A stretch of DNA of 38,061 nucleotides from Candidatus Nanohaloarchaea archaeon (GTDB lineage Archaea > Nanohalarchaeota > Nanosalinia > Nanosalinales > Nanosalinaceae), in contig JAWOFP010000056.1 in assembly GCA_046497485.1 (NCBI GenBank), positions 1 to 38,061 of the forward strand, in the 5' to 3' direction. A program made the translations under genes and the position numbers. Positions within the stretch are counted from its first letter, which is position 1. Each line of letters opens with the position of its first letter. Below, in pieces: positions 17,385 through 26,903 of the stretch. Below the pieces are notes generated by a model. It worked only from the letters and a program-made list of their open reading frames with translations, was not told the origin of the DNA and searched no databases.

Positions 17385-18491
17385 ATGAGTTTTCAAGAAC
17401 TAGAGCTTTCTCAGGAGATTGTAGAACGACTTTCTGAGAACGATATTACAGAACCAACAGAGATACAGGAAAAAGCAATACCCAAGATTTTCGAAGGAAA
17501 AGATATACTAGCAGAATCAGAGACAGGATCGGGTAAGACCCTTGCATTCTCTCTCCCGATAATTGAAAAATTAGACGGAAACGGAGTCAAAGCCATGATT
17601 CTATCTCCTACAAGAGAACTGGCAAAACAGATAGCCGCGGAGATTAACATGGCCTCAGAAGAGACGGAGACTGTCACAATTTACGGCGGGGTAAGCTATG
17701 AACCACAGATTAAAGGTGCAAAGTCTGCTGACATAGTAGTAGGAACTCCAGGAAGAACCCTGGATTTACTGAAAAAATCAAAGATAGATGTTTCAGGCCT
17801 AGAATACTTTGTACTAGATGAAGCCGATAGAATGCTTGACATGGGGTTCCAGGACGAACTAGAGCAAATTATTGGCTTTCTACCGGAGAAAAGACAGAAT
17901 TTATTATTTGGAGCAACTATCCCTTCAGGCCTCAAAAGGATGTGTGATAAGTACGATATCGAGCCTGAGATGATCAGAATCAAGGCCTCAGAGCATACAA
18001 GGAATCTTGATGAGAAATATATTAACGTGAAAAATAATGAAAAACTCTCGATGCTTTACACTTTCCTCAAGAAGAGGGATAGAGATCTTTCAATAGTTTT
18101 CTGTAAGACGAAGAATACTACTCGATGGCTTGCCGACAAATTAAGGAAGAACGACATAGATGCTCAGGAGATGAACGGCGATATGAGCCAGCATAAACGA
18201 GAACAGACACTTGATAAATTTGAGAAAGGAGGTATCAAGGTTATTGTAGCGACTGATGTAGCCGCCAGAGGAATCGACGTAGACAGTGTAACACACGTCT
18301 TCAACTACGATGTACCTGACACAGCAGATACTTACACTCATAGAATCGGTAGAGCTGGACGCCAGGGACGGGAAGGAGAAGCAATCACCTTGCTAGAACC
18401 AAAGGATCACCAGACTTTCAGAAGAATCAAGAAGAAAGTGAGCATCCCTAGAATCGATGATAAGCCAGACCTGATTGACGCTCAAGTCTAA
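17385..18491 (+). CDS. DEAD-box RNA helicase
   Basis: Q motif PTEIQ, TGSGKT, PTRELA, TPGR, LDEADRM, ARGID, HRIGRAGR. Confidence 0.96.
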   Translation: MSFQELELSQEIVERLSENDITEPTEIQEKAIPKIFEGKDILAESETGSGKTLAFSLPIIEKLDGNGVKAMILSPTRELAKQIAAEINMASEETETVTIYGGVSYEPQIKGAKSADIVVGTPGRTLDLLKKSKIDVSGLEYFVLDEADRMLDMGFQDELEQIIGFLPEKRQNLLFGATIPSGLKRMCDKYDIEPEMIRIKASEHTRNLDEKYINVKNNEKLSMLYTFLKKRDRDLSIVFCKTKNTTRWLADKLRKNDIDAQEMNGDMSQHKREQTLDKFEKGGIKVIVATDVAARGIDVDSVTHVFNYDVPDTADTYTHRIGRAGRQGREGEAITLLEPKDHQTFRRIKKKVSIPRIDDKPDLIDAQV

Positions 18492-18568
18492 ATTACATTT
18501 TTCCTATCTCTAATTTTTCTCCTCTTATTTAGGCCTGAAATTATAAACAATGGCGATAAATATTATTT

Positions 18569-18937
18569 ATGCCAATTGACTTGTCAGCAGGCCTTATTGT
18601 ACGAGATAAAAAATTATTCATGGTTTTCAATGAAGAAAAAGAGAAATGGGATGTTCCAAAAGCAGCAGGCGAATCCGGAGAGCTTTCGTCCGATACAGCG
18701 GAGAGAGCAGTTAAGGAACACTTAGACTGCGAAGTAAATGTCACTAAGTATAGAGGAAAACTTAAGACGGAGGTTTCCCATGAAGAGAAGCTTATTAACT
18801 GGCAGCCTTATTCAGTGGAGATTGATGAAGAAGCAGACCCTGAGAACGGAAAATGGATTTCATTTGATGACATTACTGAAGATGAAGTGGTGGAACCTCT
18901 TCCACAGCTTGCTGAGCAGATGTCTAAGAAATTCTAA
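18569..18937 (+). CDS. NUDIX-fold protein with degenerate Nudix box
   Basis: WDVPKAAGESGELSSDTAERAVKEHL has Nudix spacing, but key Gly/Glu residues are replaced. Confidence 0.6.
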   Translation: MPIDLSAGLIVRDKKLFMVFNEEKEKWDVPKAAGESGELSSDTAERAVKEHLDCEVNVTKYRGKLKTEVSHEEKLINWQPYSVEIDEEADPENGKWISFDDITEDEVVEPLPQLAEQMSKKF

Positions 18938-19020
18938 AAAACATTTTCTTTTTCCCTTAATTATCCATTTTAGGCCTCAAAATAGTATTTGCTAGTTTAC
19001 ATTTAAGATCTAAAACTTCT

Positions 19021-19611
19021 TCATGATGCATATAGATCTTCAAATCCTTCGTTCTCGTCTTCCTCTTCTTCAGGCGCCATAAGGTTAATTACCAGAATAG
19101 AAGCGAAAGCTGTCAAGGCCATCAATGGAATAGTAACGTGTTCGACTATTATAGGGACTTCTCCTATTGGTAGATGAGCAGTTGAACATGATATCCCTGT
19201 TGAACAGCCTGAACTGATGCTTCCTATCATCTGTACTGCATAATGGTAAGCTGAAATACCCCCTCCAATCAACGCCATCGGAACTACATAGGTCTGAACA
19301 TCTTTCTTCATCATCAGTATAGCTGAAAGGAATAATACGACTAAAGGATACATGAAGATTCTCTGATACCAGCAAAGAGGACATGGCTCAAATGCCATAA
19401 CCTCCGACATGTAAAGACTTCCAGTAGTAGCTGACAATGCTATAAAGAAAGAAGTTTCACGGTAGAACTGCTGAACAATTTTCTTCGGACCTTCCAAAAT
19501 ATTATTCATTCCTATAGGCGTTCTATTAACTAGAAATGCTGCTAAAGCAACCACGCCTATTCCATGAGCTACTAAGGTTGAATATGTCAGCAGATCTACG
19601 ACTACCGTCAT
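19021..19611 (-). CDS. disulfide bond formation protein, DsbB/BdbC family
   Basis: GSLYMSE....PCPLCWYQRIFMYPL, second Cys pair GCSTGISC, TIPLMAL; multiple TM segments. Confidence 0.9.
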   Translation of the reverse strand: MTVVVDLLTYSTLVAHGIGVVALAAFLVNRTPIGMNNILEGPKKIVQQFYRETSFFIALSATTGSLYMSEVMAFEPCPLCWYQRIFMYPLVVLFLSAILMMKKDVQTYVVPMALIGGGISAYHYAVQMIGSISSGCSTGISCSTAHLPIGEVPIIVEHVTIPLMALTAFASILVINLMAPEEEEDENEGFEDLYAS

Positions 19612-19661
19612 AGCAATCAATTATGCTCTTTCTTATATAAATCCTGATATCAGGCCTAAAT

Positions 19662-20435
19662 CTAGTTCCAAGGCCCGAACTCTGGATCTACCATCCTCTC
19701 CTCTCTATCTATAGAGTCAATTTTCTGAATATCTTCATTATCTAGCTCGACTTCCAAGGCCTCTAAATTATCACGGATATGGTCTTCCGACGAGGCCTTA
19801 GGGATTGGAGTTGCTCCTTTCTCAATAACCCAAGCTAGTGAAACCTGTGCCTCGGAAACTCCATGCTTTTCAGCAACTTCCTGAATCTCTTCCACACTGA
19901 AGACTTCTCCACGAGCTAAAGGCGAATACGCAACAAGTTCAATATCGTTTTCTTTACAGGCCTGTAAAAGCTCTTCCTGAGGAAGCAAAGGATGCATCTC
20001 AACCTGGTTAGCGAATATCTCGGCATGTTCCATAGCTTCTTTCATCTGCTTGACTGTAAAGTTACTGACACCGATATTTTCGATTAGGCCTCTCTCCTTC
20101 AACTGTTTGAACCCTTCAAATGTTTCTTCAGGGCTATATTCTCCCGCAGGCCAATGGATATACATTAAATTAACATAATCTGTCCCTAGTTTTTCCAGGC
20201 TTTCCTCTGTGCTCTTAATTATATCTTCTTTGTTTAACTGGTCTATCCACACTTTTGAAGCTAGGAAGAAATCTTCTCTACTTACATCAGCGTTTTCAAT
20301 TCCTTTCCCTACCTGATCCTCATTTTCATAAATCTGTGCAGTATCGATATGTTTGTAACCCATGTTTAAGGCCTGTTTAACTGATTTTGCGCAGGATTCT
20401 TCTTTGTTCTGCCAAGTTCCAAGTCCTAGTTCCAT
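19662..20435 (-). CDS. aldo/keto reductase
   Basis: LGLGTW, IDTAQIYENE, YIHWP, IGVSNF, NQVEMHP, AYSPLARG, PIPKAS. Confidence 0.95.
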   Translation of the reverse strand: MELGLGTWQNKEESCAKSVKQALNMGYKHIDTAQIYENEDQVGKGIENADVSREDFFLASKVWIDQLNKEDIIKSTEESLEKLGTDYVNLMYIHWPAGEYSPEETFEGFKQLKERGLIENIGVSNFTVKQMKEAMEHAEIFANQVEMHPLLPQEELLQACKENDIELVAYSPLARGEVFSVEEIQEVAEKHGVSEAQVSLAWVIEKGATPIPKASSEDHIRDNLEALEVELDNEDIQKIDSIDREERMVDPEFGPWN

Positions 20436-20473
20436 GCAAAGGTTTTATCTTCAAAACATCTAAAATGTTAGGT

Positions 20474-20770
20474 ATGGACGGCGACGAAATCCTTTCAGAG
20501 ATGAATGAAGCGGAATATAAAATCGAGAAACTGAAAGACCAGAGAAACAAACTGATAGAAGCCAACAAGGCCTTGCTCCAATTAGTTGAAAAAATGGAGC
20601 CATACATTGAGATGGACGATGAAGGATTCGAATACAGCTTCAAGGACGGCTGGAATGAGAAAGATGTGATGAGAGGTCTGAAAATCGATCCTCAAAACTA
20701 TTCTGAAGAACAGCTTGAGCGTCAAGTAAACGAGATTATTCAGACTGTTAACAATCTAGATAACCTTTAA
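20474..20770 (+). CDS. hypothetical protein with short coiled coil
   Basis: Acidic ORF; ATG 20474 (or 20465) avoids overlap with the divergent AKR gene. Confidence 0.6.
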   Translation: MDGDEILSEMNEAEYKIEKLKDQRNKLIEANKALLQLVEKMEPYIEMDDEGFEYSFKDGWNEKDVMRGLKIDPQNYSEEQLERQVNEIIQTVNNLDNL

Positions 20771-20812
20771 ACAGCGAGAATGTTACTTGTTAGTTATAGG
20801 TGAAATAACTTA

Positions 20813-21334
20813 ATGGCAGATAATAACGATTCAAATAACGGCGATGAAACCCTCGAATGCCCAGTATGTGGAGAAGAATTTGACACAGAGTCAGGCCTAA
20901 ATATTCATGAAGGCCAGATGCATCCAAACAAGCAAATTGATGAGTTACAGGATCTTGTAGATACTTTTGAAGAAGAAACGGACAAAGCTCTGGACATCAA
21001 GAAAGAGAAAGAATCTCTCAAACAGAGAGTCGACAGCTTAAAACACGAAAAGGAGGAACTAGAAGATACTGTAGGAGATCTTAAAGAGACAAAGGAAAAG
21101 CTTAGACAGGGTATTGAGGACAAAGAAGAAACAGTAAATGAAATGAAGAACAAGCTCGATAACTTGAAAGACGATCGTGAAGAGCTTAAGTCTGAGAAAC
21201 ACTCGATGGAGCGAAAGATCGAGGACTTAGAAAGCGAGAAAGAATCACTTCAGAACTCTCTAGAACAGACAGAGAATCTACTGCTGAAGTTAAAGCACCA
21301 GGTAAAGGAGTTCAACGAAGAACTAGACGAATAA
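20813..21334 (+). CDS. C2H2 zinc-finger plus long coiled-coil protein
   Basis: CPVCGEEFDTESGLNIHEGQMH followed by about 130 aa of heptad repeats; GGTGA SD. Confidence 0.8.
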   Translation: MADNNDSNNGDETLECPVCGEEFDTESGLNIHEGQMHPNKQIDELQDLVDTFEEETDKALDIKKEKESLKQRVDSLKHEKEELEDTVGDLKETKEKLRQGIEDKEETVNEMKNKLDNLKDDREELKSEKHSMERKIEDLESEKESLQNSLEQTENLLLKLKHQVKEFNEELDE

Positions 21335-21347
21335 ACATATTTCTCAC

Positions 21348-22568
21348 TTATTCTTTCTTTATTTCTATTTCATGCCGAGTAAGCTCATTAGCATCGTTTT
21401 CAAGATCCTTAATCAATTTAGATTCCTTTTCTTTCAGGCCTGAAATCTCTTCCTGAAGATTTTCTCGATCAATCTTTTTCTCTCTAAGCTCTTCCTCCTT
21501 GGAACTTAGCTTATTGACAAGCTTTCTCCTTTCCTCATCGACTTCAAGATCATCAAGTTCTCCTTCTTTTTTCTCAATTCTTTCTTCAAGCTCAGCTATC
21601 TTATCCTTCCGATCAGAGAAATTTTCCAGCGCATTAGATACTTCTTCAAGTTTCTTAACCTGGTTATCTTCAATGAAATCCGCTTTTTTGGATAAATCAT
21701 AGGCCTCAGATAAATCAATAGAACCTAGTTTCTCAAACTCCTGATCCCTCATCCTTCTTAACTGGTCAACTGAACCTTCAAAGTCTACATCTCCTGATTC
21801 TATATTATATACAAGCTTCTTCATAGGCCTTTCAATCCTTGAAAGCTGTCGGTCTAACTCTGACTCTATACTATTTTTCTCATCTCTCAAGTCCTCTAAC
21901 TTCTTCTCGATTTTCTCTTTCTTTTTCCATTCCTCACTTTCCTTCAACTGCTCAATCTGGCTTTCAAGGCCTGAAATTTCGTTTTTGATTTCCTCTATAC
22001 CTATATCGCTTTTTTCTTCAACAAGTTGCTCCTTTCTATCTAAAACTCCTTCTATCTCTTCTACCTGGCTTTCCATATCTTCAATAGAAGTCACGGTACT
22101 GTAATTCTCTTCAAGAAATTCATTGAACTCTTCCAAATGTTCATGGATGTCTTTAATCGCTCGGAAAAGCGAATTGGCCTCATTTTTTACTCTCTTCATT
22201 ACTGCCTCTTCTTTCCGAGAGACATCCTCAAACTCTTCAATAAACTCTTTGAGATCTTTTTTATGCTGAATAGGCCTATCTGAAAGCTCTAAATCTTCAA
22301 TCAATTTTCTTCTAGAATTGTAGAAGTTATTTGCTACATCTTCCACTGCCTCTATTCCTTGACGATCTTCATAATCTTTGACCTCTTCAAGAGAATCCTC
22401 AAGCTCATCCAGAAGTTCTGAAGATTTACTCATAAGGTCTCCAACCTCTTCCTCAGCTCTTTCTATCTCTTCACTTTTCAAGTCTCTCAATAGTTCAGGA
22501 GCTTCCCTCCATTCAGTTGAGAACTCCTTTTCTTCTTCTCCAAATATTTTTTTCAGAAAATCGATCAT
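21348..22568 (-). CDS. large coiled-coil hypothetical protein
   Basis: E/K/L-rich heptads; N-terminal amphipathic MIDFLKKIFG; no NTPase motif seen. Confidence 0.75.
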   Translation of the reverse strand: MIDFLKKIFGEEEKEFSTEWREAPELLRDLKSEEIERAEEEVGDLMSKSSELLDELEDSLEEVKDYEDRQGIEAVEDVANNFYNSRRKLIEDLELSDRPIQHKKDLKEFIEEFEDVSRKEEAVMKRVKNEANSLFRAIKDIHEHLEEFNEFLEENYSTVTSIEDMESQVEEIEGVLDRKEQLVEEKSDIGIEEIKNEISGLESQIEQLKESEEWKKKEKIEKKLEDLRDEKNSIESELDRQLSRIERPMKKLVYNIESGDVDFEGSVDQLRRMRDQEFEKLGSIDLSEAYDLSKKADFIEDNQVKKLEEVSNALENFSDRKDKIAELEERIEKKEGELDDLEVDEERRKLVNKLSSKEEELREKKIDRENLQEEISGLKEKESKLIKDLENDANELTRHEIEIKKE

Positions 22569-22605
22569 AAAATTATTTCAGGTTCGGATCAATTTATAAT
22601 TCATT

Positions 22606-22944
22606 TCAACCTTGGAACTCCCTAATCTCTTTACTCTCTAGAAGAATTTTTTCAATCTCTAGCATCTTCTCTAAATCAACTTTCTGAGGCATATACCTTT
22701 CAGGCTTAGAGCCTCTTGACTCTATCACATCTAGTTCATCTAAAACTTTCAAGCTAGAGCCTGCTACCGGAATGGAAATTGGAAAGTTGTCAGAAACCTT
22801 GGAAGAAGTGAAAGACATCCCTTTTTTTACTGTGAAATACCTTAGACAGGCCTTCATAATGTAGAAATTTGATGTCAGATAATTGAACTCTCGCTCAAAA
22901 TGGTTCTTGGCATCAACTACTTCTTCTCTGAGGCCTTCGCTCAT
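22606..22944 (-). CDS. hypothetical protein, possible winged-helix
   Basis: FTSSKVS....SIPVAGSSLKVLDELDVIE wHTH-like pattern. Confidence 0.6.
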   Translation of the reverse strand: MSEGLREEVVDAKNHFEREFNYLTSNFYIMKACLRYFTVKKGMSFTSSKVSDNFPISIPVAGSSLKVLDELDVIESRGSKPERYMPQKVDLEKMLEIEKILLESKEIREFQG

Positions 22945-23022
22945 AACAATATTTTCCTCTACAGTATTTTAAATTCGGTACGATTTAACTCAGCTAATAA
23001 GATTTGAGAACAGGTCTCAATT

Positions 23023-23538
23023 ATGGAGAGTTATAGTCCTGAAGATATTCTTGGAAGAAGTTATCCGAAAGTTCTTGAAGATCCGGGATCCTATGATTTT
23101 GGCTACTCGGGCTTAGGAAATATTTCTCCTGATGTTGAAAGTATCAAAGAGTCTGAAGATTTTGAAATAGTAGATTCTGACGGTTTCTTTGAATTCATCG
23201 CATTAGACAAGTCTAATCAAAATATAGTATTCAGTCTCGAAAACTACGGCGGCGCTAAATTTTATAGAGCGGTAGATTTCGGGGAAGATTACACTTTAAT
23301 TCAAAGCGTCAGCAAAAACTCCAGTCCAAAACCCATAAACATTGACTCCGATTTTTCACAGGAAAAAGAGTTTACTGTATTACATTATCTAACTACTGGA
23401 GATGAAAACTACATATTCACTGAAGAAGAATATGAAAAATTCACAAATGACAGAATTCAAAGAGCTCATAGAACTTTCCAAGAAATACTGAATGAAAGGC
23501 CTTTTTCCAAAGAAATTCTTGAACCTGCTGACGACTAA
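23023..23538 (+). CDS. hypothetical protein
   Basis: 171-aa acidic ORF with ATG start; no recognised motif. Confidence 0.65.
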   Translation: MESYSPEDILGRSYPKVLEDPGSYDFGYSGLGNISPDVESIKESEDFEIVDSDGFFEFIALDKSNQNIVFSLENYGGAKFYRAVDFGEDYTLIQSVSKNSSPKPINIDSDFSQEKEFTVLHYLTTGDENYIFTEEEYEKFTNDRIQRAHRTFQEILNERPFSKEILEPADD

Positions 23539-23580
23539 GACCTAATATCTCTTATTCAGCCAGATTCAACTTTTTCTTAG

Positions 23581-24309
23581 ATGCTTGGAAGACAACACCT
23601 GAAACTCACAGTAATGACCTATACCGCATTGATAATACCGTTCCTTCAAGAACACTCTACTCAGGCCTTGATAGGATTAATAGGAGTATCTATAGGCTCA
23701 CTTATACCCGATATTGACTCAGTTGATTCAGCAGTATTTCATTCAAATGTAAAAGGCCTAGGCAGCCCAGGAATAGCTTTCAATGATTTCATAGGGCCAG
23801 TATTACCTCTTTTTGCTTATGTCTCAAAGTATCTAATATACAAACCTGTCGTTCATCTACTCAACTTTTTGACCCCATACAAGTTTCATGAAAGCCATAG
23901 AAGCTTCACTCACTCGATAACCGGGGTCGCCACATTAACTTTGGTGACAGGCCTACTGCTCTATATGCCTCTAAATTACATAGGTTTGAGCACTGCTTTG
24001 CTGCCGGTTTTCCTAACTGCTTACTGTGGCGGAGCTTTCATGCATATGCTCCAAGACAGCTGCACAAAATCAGGGATCGCGTGGAACCAACCATTCAACA
24101 AATCCAAAATCAAAGGAGAACTGATAACAGGAAAATCAAATAGAAGGCCTAAAATCTTGCTTTACTGCCTAACAGCCTTAACGCTTTTAATTAGTTATCA
24201 AACCTTGATAGGAAATCCTGTTGAAGAAACAGCGAAGGCCTCAATATTATTGACAGGTATAACCTGGAGTCTATTTATGATGATTTCAGGAGTTAGAATC
24301 AAGAAGTAA
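23581..24309 (+). CDS. membrane-bound metal-dependent hydrolase (YdjM family)
   Basis: N-terminal His, GSLIPDID, HRSFTHS, HMLQD; hydrophobic segments. Confidence 0.85.
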   Translation: MLGRQHLKLTVMTYTALIIPFLQEHSTQALIGLIGVSIGSLIPDIDSVDSAVFHSNVKGLGSPGIAFNDFIGPVLPLFAYVSKYLIYKPVVHLLNFLTPYKFHESHRSFTHSITGVATLTLVTGLLLYMPLNYIGLSTALLPVFLTAYCGGAFMHMLQDSCTKSGIAWNQPFNKSKIKGELITGKSNRRPKILLYCLTALTLLISYQTLIGNPVEETAKASILLTGITWSLFMMISGVRIKK

Positions 24310-24321
24310 AATTATGGAAAA

Positions 24322-24393
24322 AGCCACATCCGGGATTTGAACCCGGGGCCTCGTCCTTACCAAGGACGCGCTCTACCGCTGAGCTAATGCGGC
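24322..24393 (-). tRNA. tRNA-Thr(GGU)
   Basis: Reverse complement GCCGCATTAGCTCAGCGGTAGAGCG CGTCC TT GGT AA GGACG AGGCCCCGGGTTCAAATCCCGGATGTGGCT. Confidence 0.96.
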
Positions 24394-24435
24394 GACTATA
24401 GTAAATGAGGTGAGGCCTATTTTCTTAAACCTCTC

Positions 24436-25314
24436 TCATAATGCCGTTAATCCGATTCCTGCTATCAGAATTATTGAACCTGCCAATTTTCTGAGTAGGT
24501 CTCCTTCATCGAACATAAGTACTCCCGCAACGACAGGTATCAGAACCTGGAACTGTTGAACCGTTGTGACCTGTGCGGCTGAGGCCTGTGAAAATGCCTT
24601 GAATATTGCTAGAGTTGCTGTTGCCGCTATTAACCCTGTTAAAATGTAGAGGCCGGTATATTCTCTGAAAGTAGATATTATTTCTTCTTTTGGATTCTGG
24701 AACTTTAGGCGGACGAAAATCATCATTCCCGTCGTAAGTGCTAAATATGTAAAAATTGTATATATTTCAGGCTTTATGATCTGTGTTGCGTATCTATCAG
24801 CGACCGATGTAGCTCCATAAAGCACTGAGCTTAAGACTGCGGCCTGTAAGGCCTTGACATGTAAGCCATCTTCCACTGATTTCAGGTATGAAATATTTTT
24901 TTCTTTCAAAACTATGATTGCTCCGGATGTCGCAAGTAAAATCCCTGCAGCGAGCTGTAGATCGACATTTTCTCCGAGAACTAATGCTGCAATTGCTGCA
25001 GCAAAGATAGGTGTTAAACGAGTCATGGGGATTACTCTTGACAGCTGACCTTCTTTCACTGAATAATTGTAGACCGTGAACGCCAATACATTTCCTATCA
25101 TTGAAGCTCCCAATGCAGTCAATGCCAGAGCCGTGAAATTAATCCCTGAATTCAGAAAGTAATACAGAAATACCGGCAAATAAAATATCAGGCCTAGAAA
25201 ACTGTATAAAGCTGTATAAATCTCGGCATAGGTATCCTGCATAATATTCTTTGCAATCACGCTGAGGACTCCGAATCCTGTGGCGGCGTATAAAGTGTAG
25301 AATATCCATTCCAT
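24436..25314 (-). CDS. DMT/EamA family transporter
   Basis: About 10 TM segments in two repeats; PIFAAAIAALVLGE and PVVAGVLMFDE. Confidence 0.88.
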   Translation of the reverse strand: MEWIFYTLYAATGFGVLSVIAKNIMQDTYAEIYTALYSFLGLIFYLPVFLYYFLNSGINFTALALTALGASMIGNVLAFTVYNYSVKEGQLSRVIPMTRLTPIFAAAIAALVLGENVDLQLAAGILLATSGAIIVLKEKNISYLKSVEDGLHVKALQAAVLSSVLYGATSVADRYATQIIKPEIYTIFTYLALTTGMMIFVRLKFQNPKEEIISTFREYTGLYILTGLIAATATLAIFKAFSQASAAQVTTVQQFQVLIPVVAGVLMFDEGDLLRKLAGSIILIAGIGLTAL

Positions 25315-25368
25315 TAATTAAGGCCTCTGTCTACTGCAAAGAATTACCGGTTCTGGACAAAAGCTATT

Positions 25369-25530
25369 TTATCCTGCAAACTGTTCGTTCTTCTTTCTAA
25401 GGTGTCTGTAACCGCATTTTCTGCAAGATGTCTTCTCAGGATTAGTCGTCTTGTTCTTTGCGTTGCATCTCCTGCATACATAGACATTCTTGAAGACGCG
25501 TTCTTCAGCTTCCTCAAATTTCTGTGCCAT
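25369..25530 (-). CDS. rpl40e: 50S ribosomal protein eL40 (L40e), 53 aa; absent from the ORF track
   Basis: Manual translation MAQKFEEAEERVFKNVYVCRRCNAKNKTTNPEKTSCRKCGYRHLRKKNEQFAG; CxxC...CRKCGY..LR signature. Confidence 0.92.
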   Translation of the reverse strand: MAQKFEEAEERVFKNVYVCRRCNAKNKTTNPEKTSCRKCGYRHLRKKNEQFAG

Positions 25531-25582
25531 GAATAGATTGTAAAACTTTAATTTTAAGTACCTCTAACACATTTACAGGAAA

Positions 25583-26152
25583 ATGGCGGAGTTCAATTAC
25601 ATCCTGGCAGAAATGCTTCGAGGCCTGACAGGAATAAATCAAATTTTTGATATGTCAGTAGTCTTCCTAGCTGAAGCTCCAATCATTCTAATACCGTTAA
25701 TTTTGATAGGCCTGTACCTGAAAAGAGATAAATTAAGGGAGGATAGCCTCTTCGTCTTCACAGCCACAGTTCTCTCAATAGGCATATCTTACCTAGTTGG
25801 ACTGTTTTACTATCAGGAAGCCCCTTTCATGATATATGATGCGCTTCTAGGTTCAGGGGTAGAGAATAGTTTTCCAAGCCAGCACGCAGCCACAATGTTC
25901 ACCTTTGCAATCGCCTTAATCTACAGAAACAGGGATAAAATAGGTTACAGTTTTTTAGGCCTCGCAGTTTTAAACGGCCTAGCAAGAGTAATTGGCGGAG
26001 AACACTTCCCGCTAGATATTACAGTTTCAGCATTTTTAGGTCTAATAATAGTTCAGCTTGTATCAGAATTTGAAAGCTATATAGAAAGATTTTCCAGTTG
26101 GACTGAAGAATTAGAAGATCAAATCATCTCAAAATTCAGGAATATTGTTTAA
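25583..26152 (+). CDS. PAP2-family phosphatase (undecaprenyl/dolichyl-PP phosphatase-like)
   Basis: SFPSQH and ARV..GEHFPLD motifs; TM segments. Confidence 0.85.
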   Translation: MAEFNYILAEMLRGLTGINQIFDMSVVFLAEAPIILIPLILIGLYLKRDKLREDSLFVFTATVLSIGISYLVGLFYYQEAPFMIYDALLGSGVENSFPSQHAATMFTFAIALIYRNRDKIGYSFLGLAVLNGLARVIGGEHFPLDITVSAFLGLIIVQLVSEFESYIERFSSWTEELEDQIISKFRNIV

Positions 26153-26713
26153 CTGTTGCTCAGCTTTCCTGTAAATCTGTTCAGCTTTCTCACTGTTCTG
26201 ATGGAAAGAATTAATTCTAGCACTTATCTCATTTTCAAAGGCCTCTTTATCTGGTTCTTCCCCATCTAGTTGAATTTTCTGAAGCGAGACCTCTTCAAAA
26301 TCAAAATTATTGAAATCATAAGATTGGACCACTGATAGACACCTGTCGAAAATTCTTTCAGCCTCGACTGCTTCCTGTCGCATCTCCACAAGGCCTGAAT
26401 CAGCTAAATCCTCGGAATTGTATTTTTCCTCAGCTTTTTCCAAGTGTGTTTCTGCCATCTCTCCGCCTTTCAAAATCCAGATCAGCCCAATTTCTTCCTC
26501 TGAATATTCTCTATCAGTTACTTCTTCCAGCCTCTCTTTGATTTCCTTGATTATCTCTTCGACCGGATCTGTCCTATCAAAGTTAATGGCTTTTTTGATT
26601 TCTTTTTGTACTATTTGGTCTTCATTACCGAGTTTGACTGATACTTTATCTTTGGCTATTCCAAGTCTATCTAGAAGACTATTCTTTGAGGCCTGATTTT
26701 CTAATGGATTCAC
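26129..26713 (-). CDS. hypothetical helical protein
   Basis: Acidic ORF; start uncertain (GTG 26713, about 25 nt after TTTAAA, or TTG 26761). Confidence 0.6.
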   Translation of the reverse strand: MNPLENQASKNSLLDRLGIAKDKVSVKLGNEDQIVQKEIKKAINFDRTDPVEEIIKEIKERLEEVTDREYSEEEIGLIWILKGGEMAETHLEKAEEKYNSEDLADSGLVEMRQEAVEAERIFDRCLSVVQSYDFNNFDFEEVSLQKIQLDGEEPDKEAFENEISARINSFHQNSEKAEQIYRKAEQQLNNIPEF

Positions 26714-26903
26714 AGTTCTAGATTCGAGTTTGAGAGATTTAAATTCCCACAGCCTTCCCAAAGAGGTTTATAAGTAATCTGAGTAAATGGAGTTATAGTT
26801 GATTCACAATGCAAGGTGGATACGTTCACAAAAGACCAAGTATCAAAAGATGAAAACCTTTTAACCAGCTCTAACTATAGATCTCAGGCCTCCTCAACAA
26901 AGG

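Noticed and set aside
19953..19968. Longer perfect palindrome TTTACAGGCCTGTAAA (also TTTCAGGCCTGAAA at 21432-21445)
   Set aside because: Inside coding sequence; occasional extensions are expected among about 140 AGGCCT cores, and flanks are otherwise variable.
20387..20473. N-terminal extension of the 127-aa ORF
   Set aside because: Overlaps the divergent AKR start; ATG 20465/20474 is more plausible.
21348..22568. SMC/Rad50 call
   Set aside because: No Walker A/B, signature motif or zinc hook; coiled coil only.
26809..26853. His attenuator leader peptide for hisS
   Set aside because: Only one His codon, three genes away from hisS, and no terminator/antiterminator pair; kept only as part of the leader observation.
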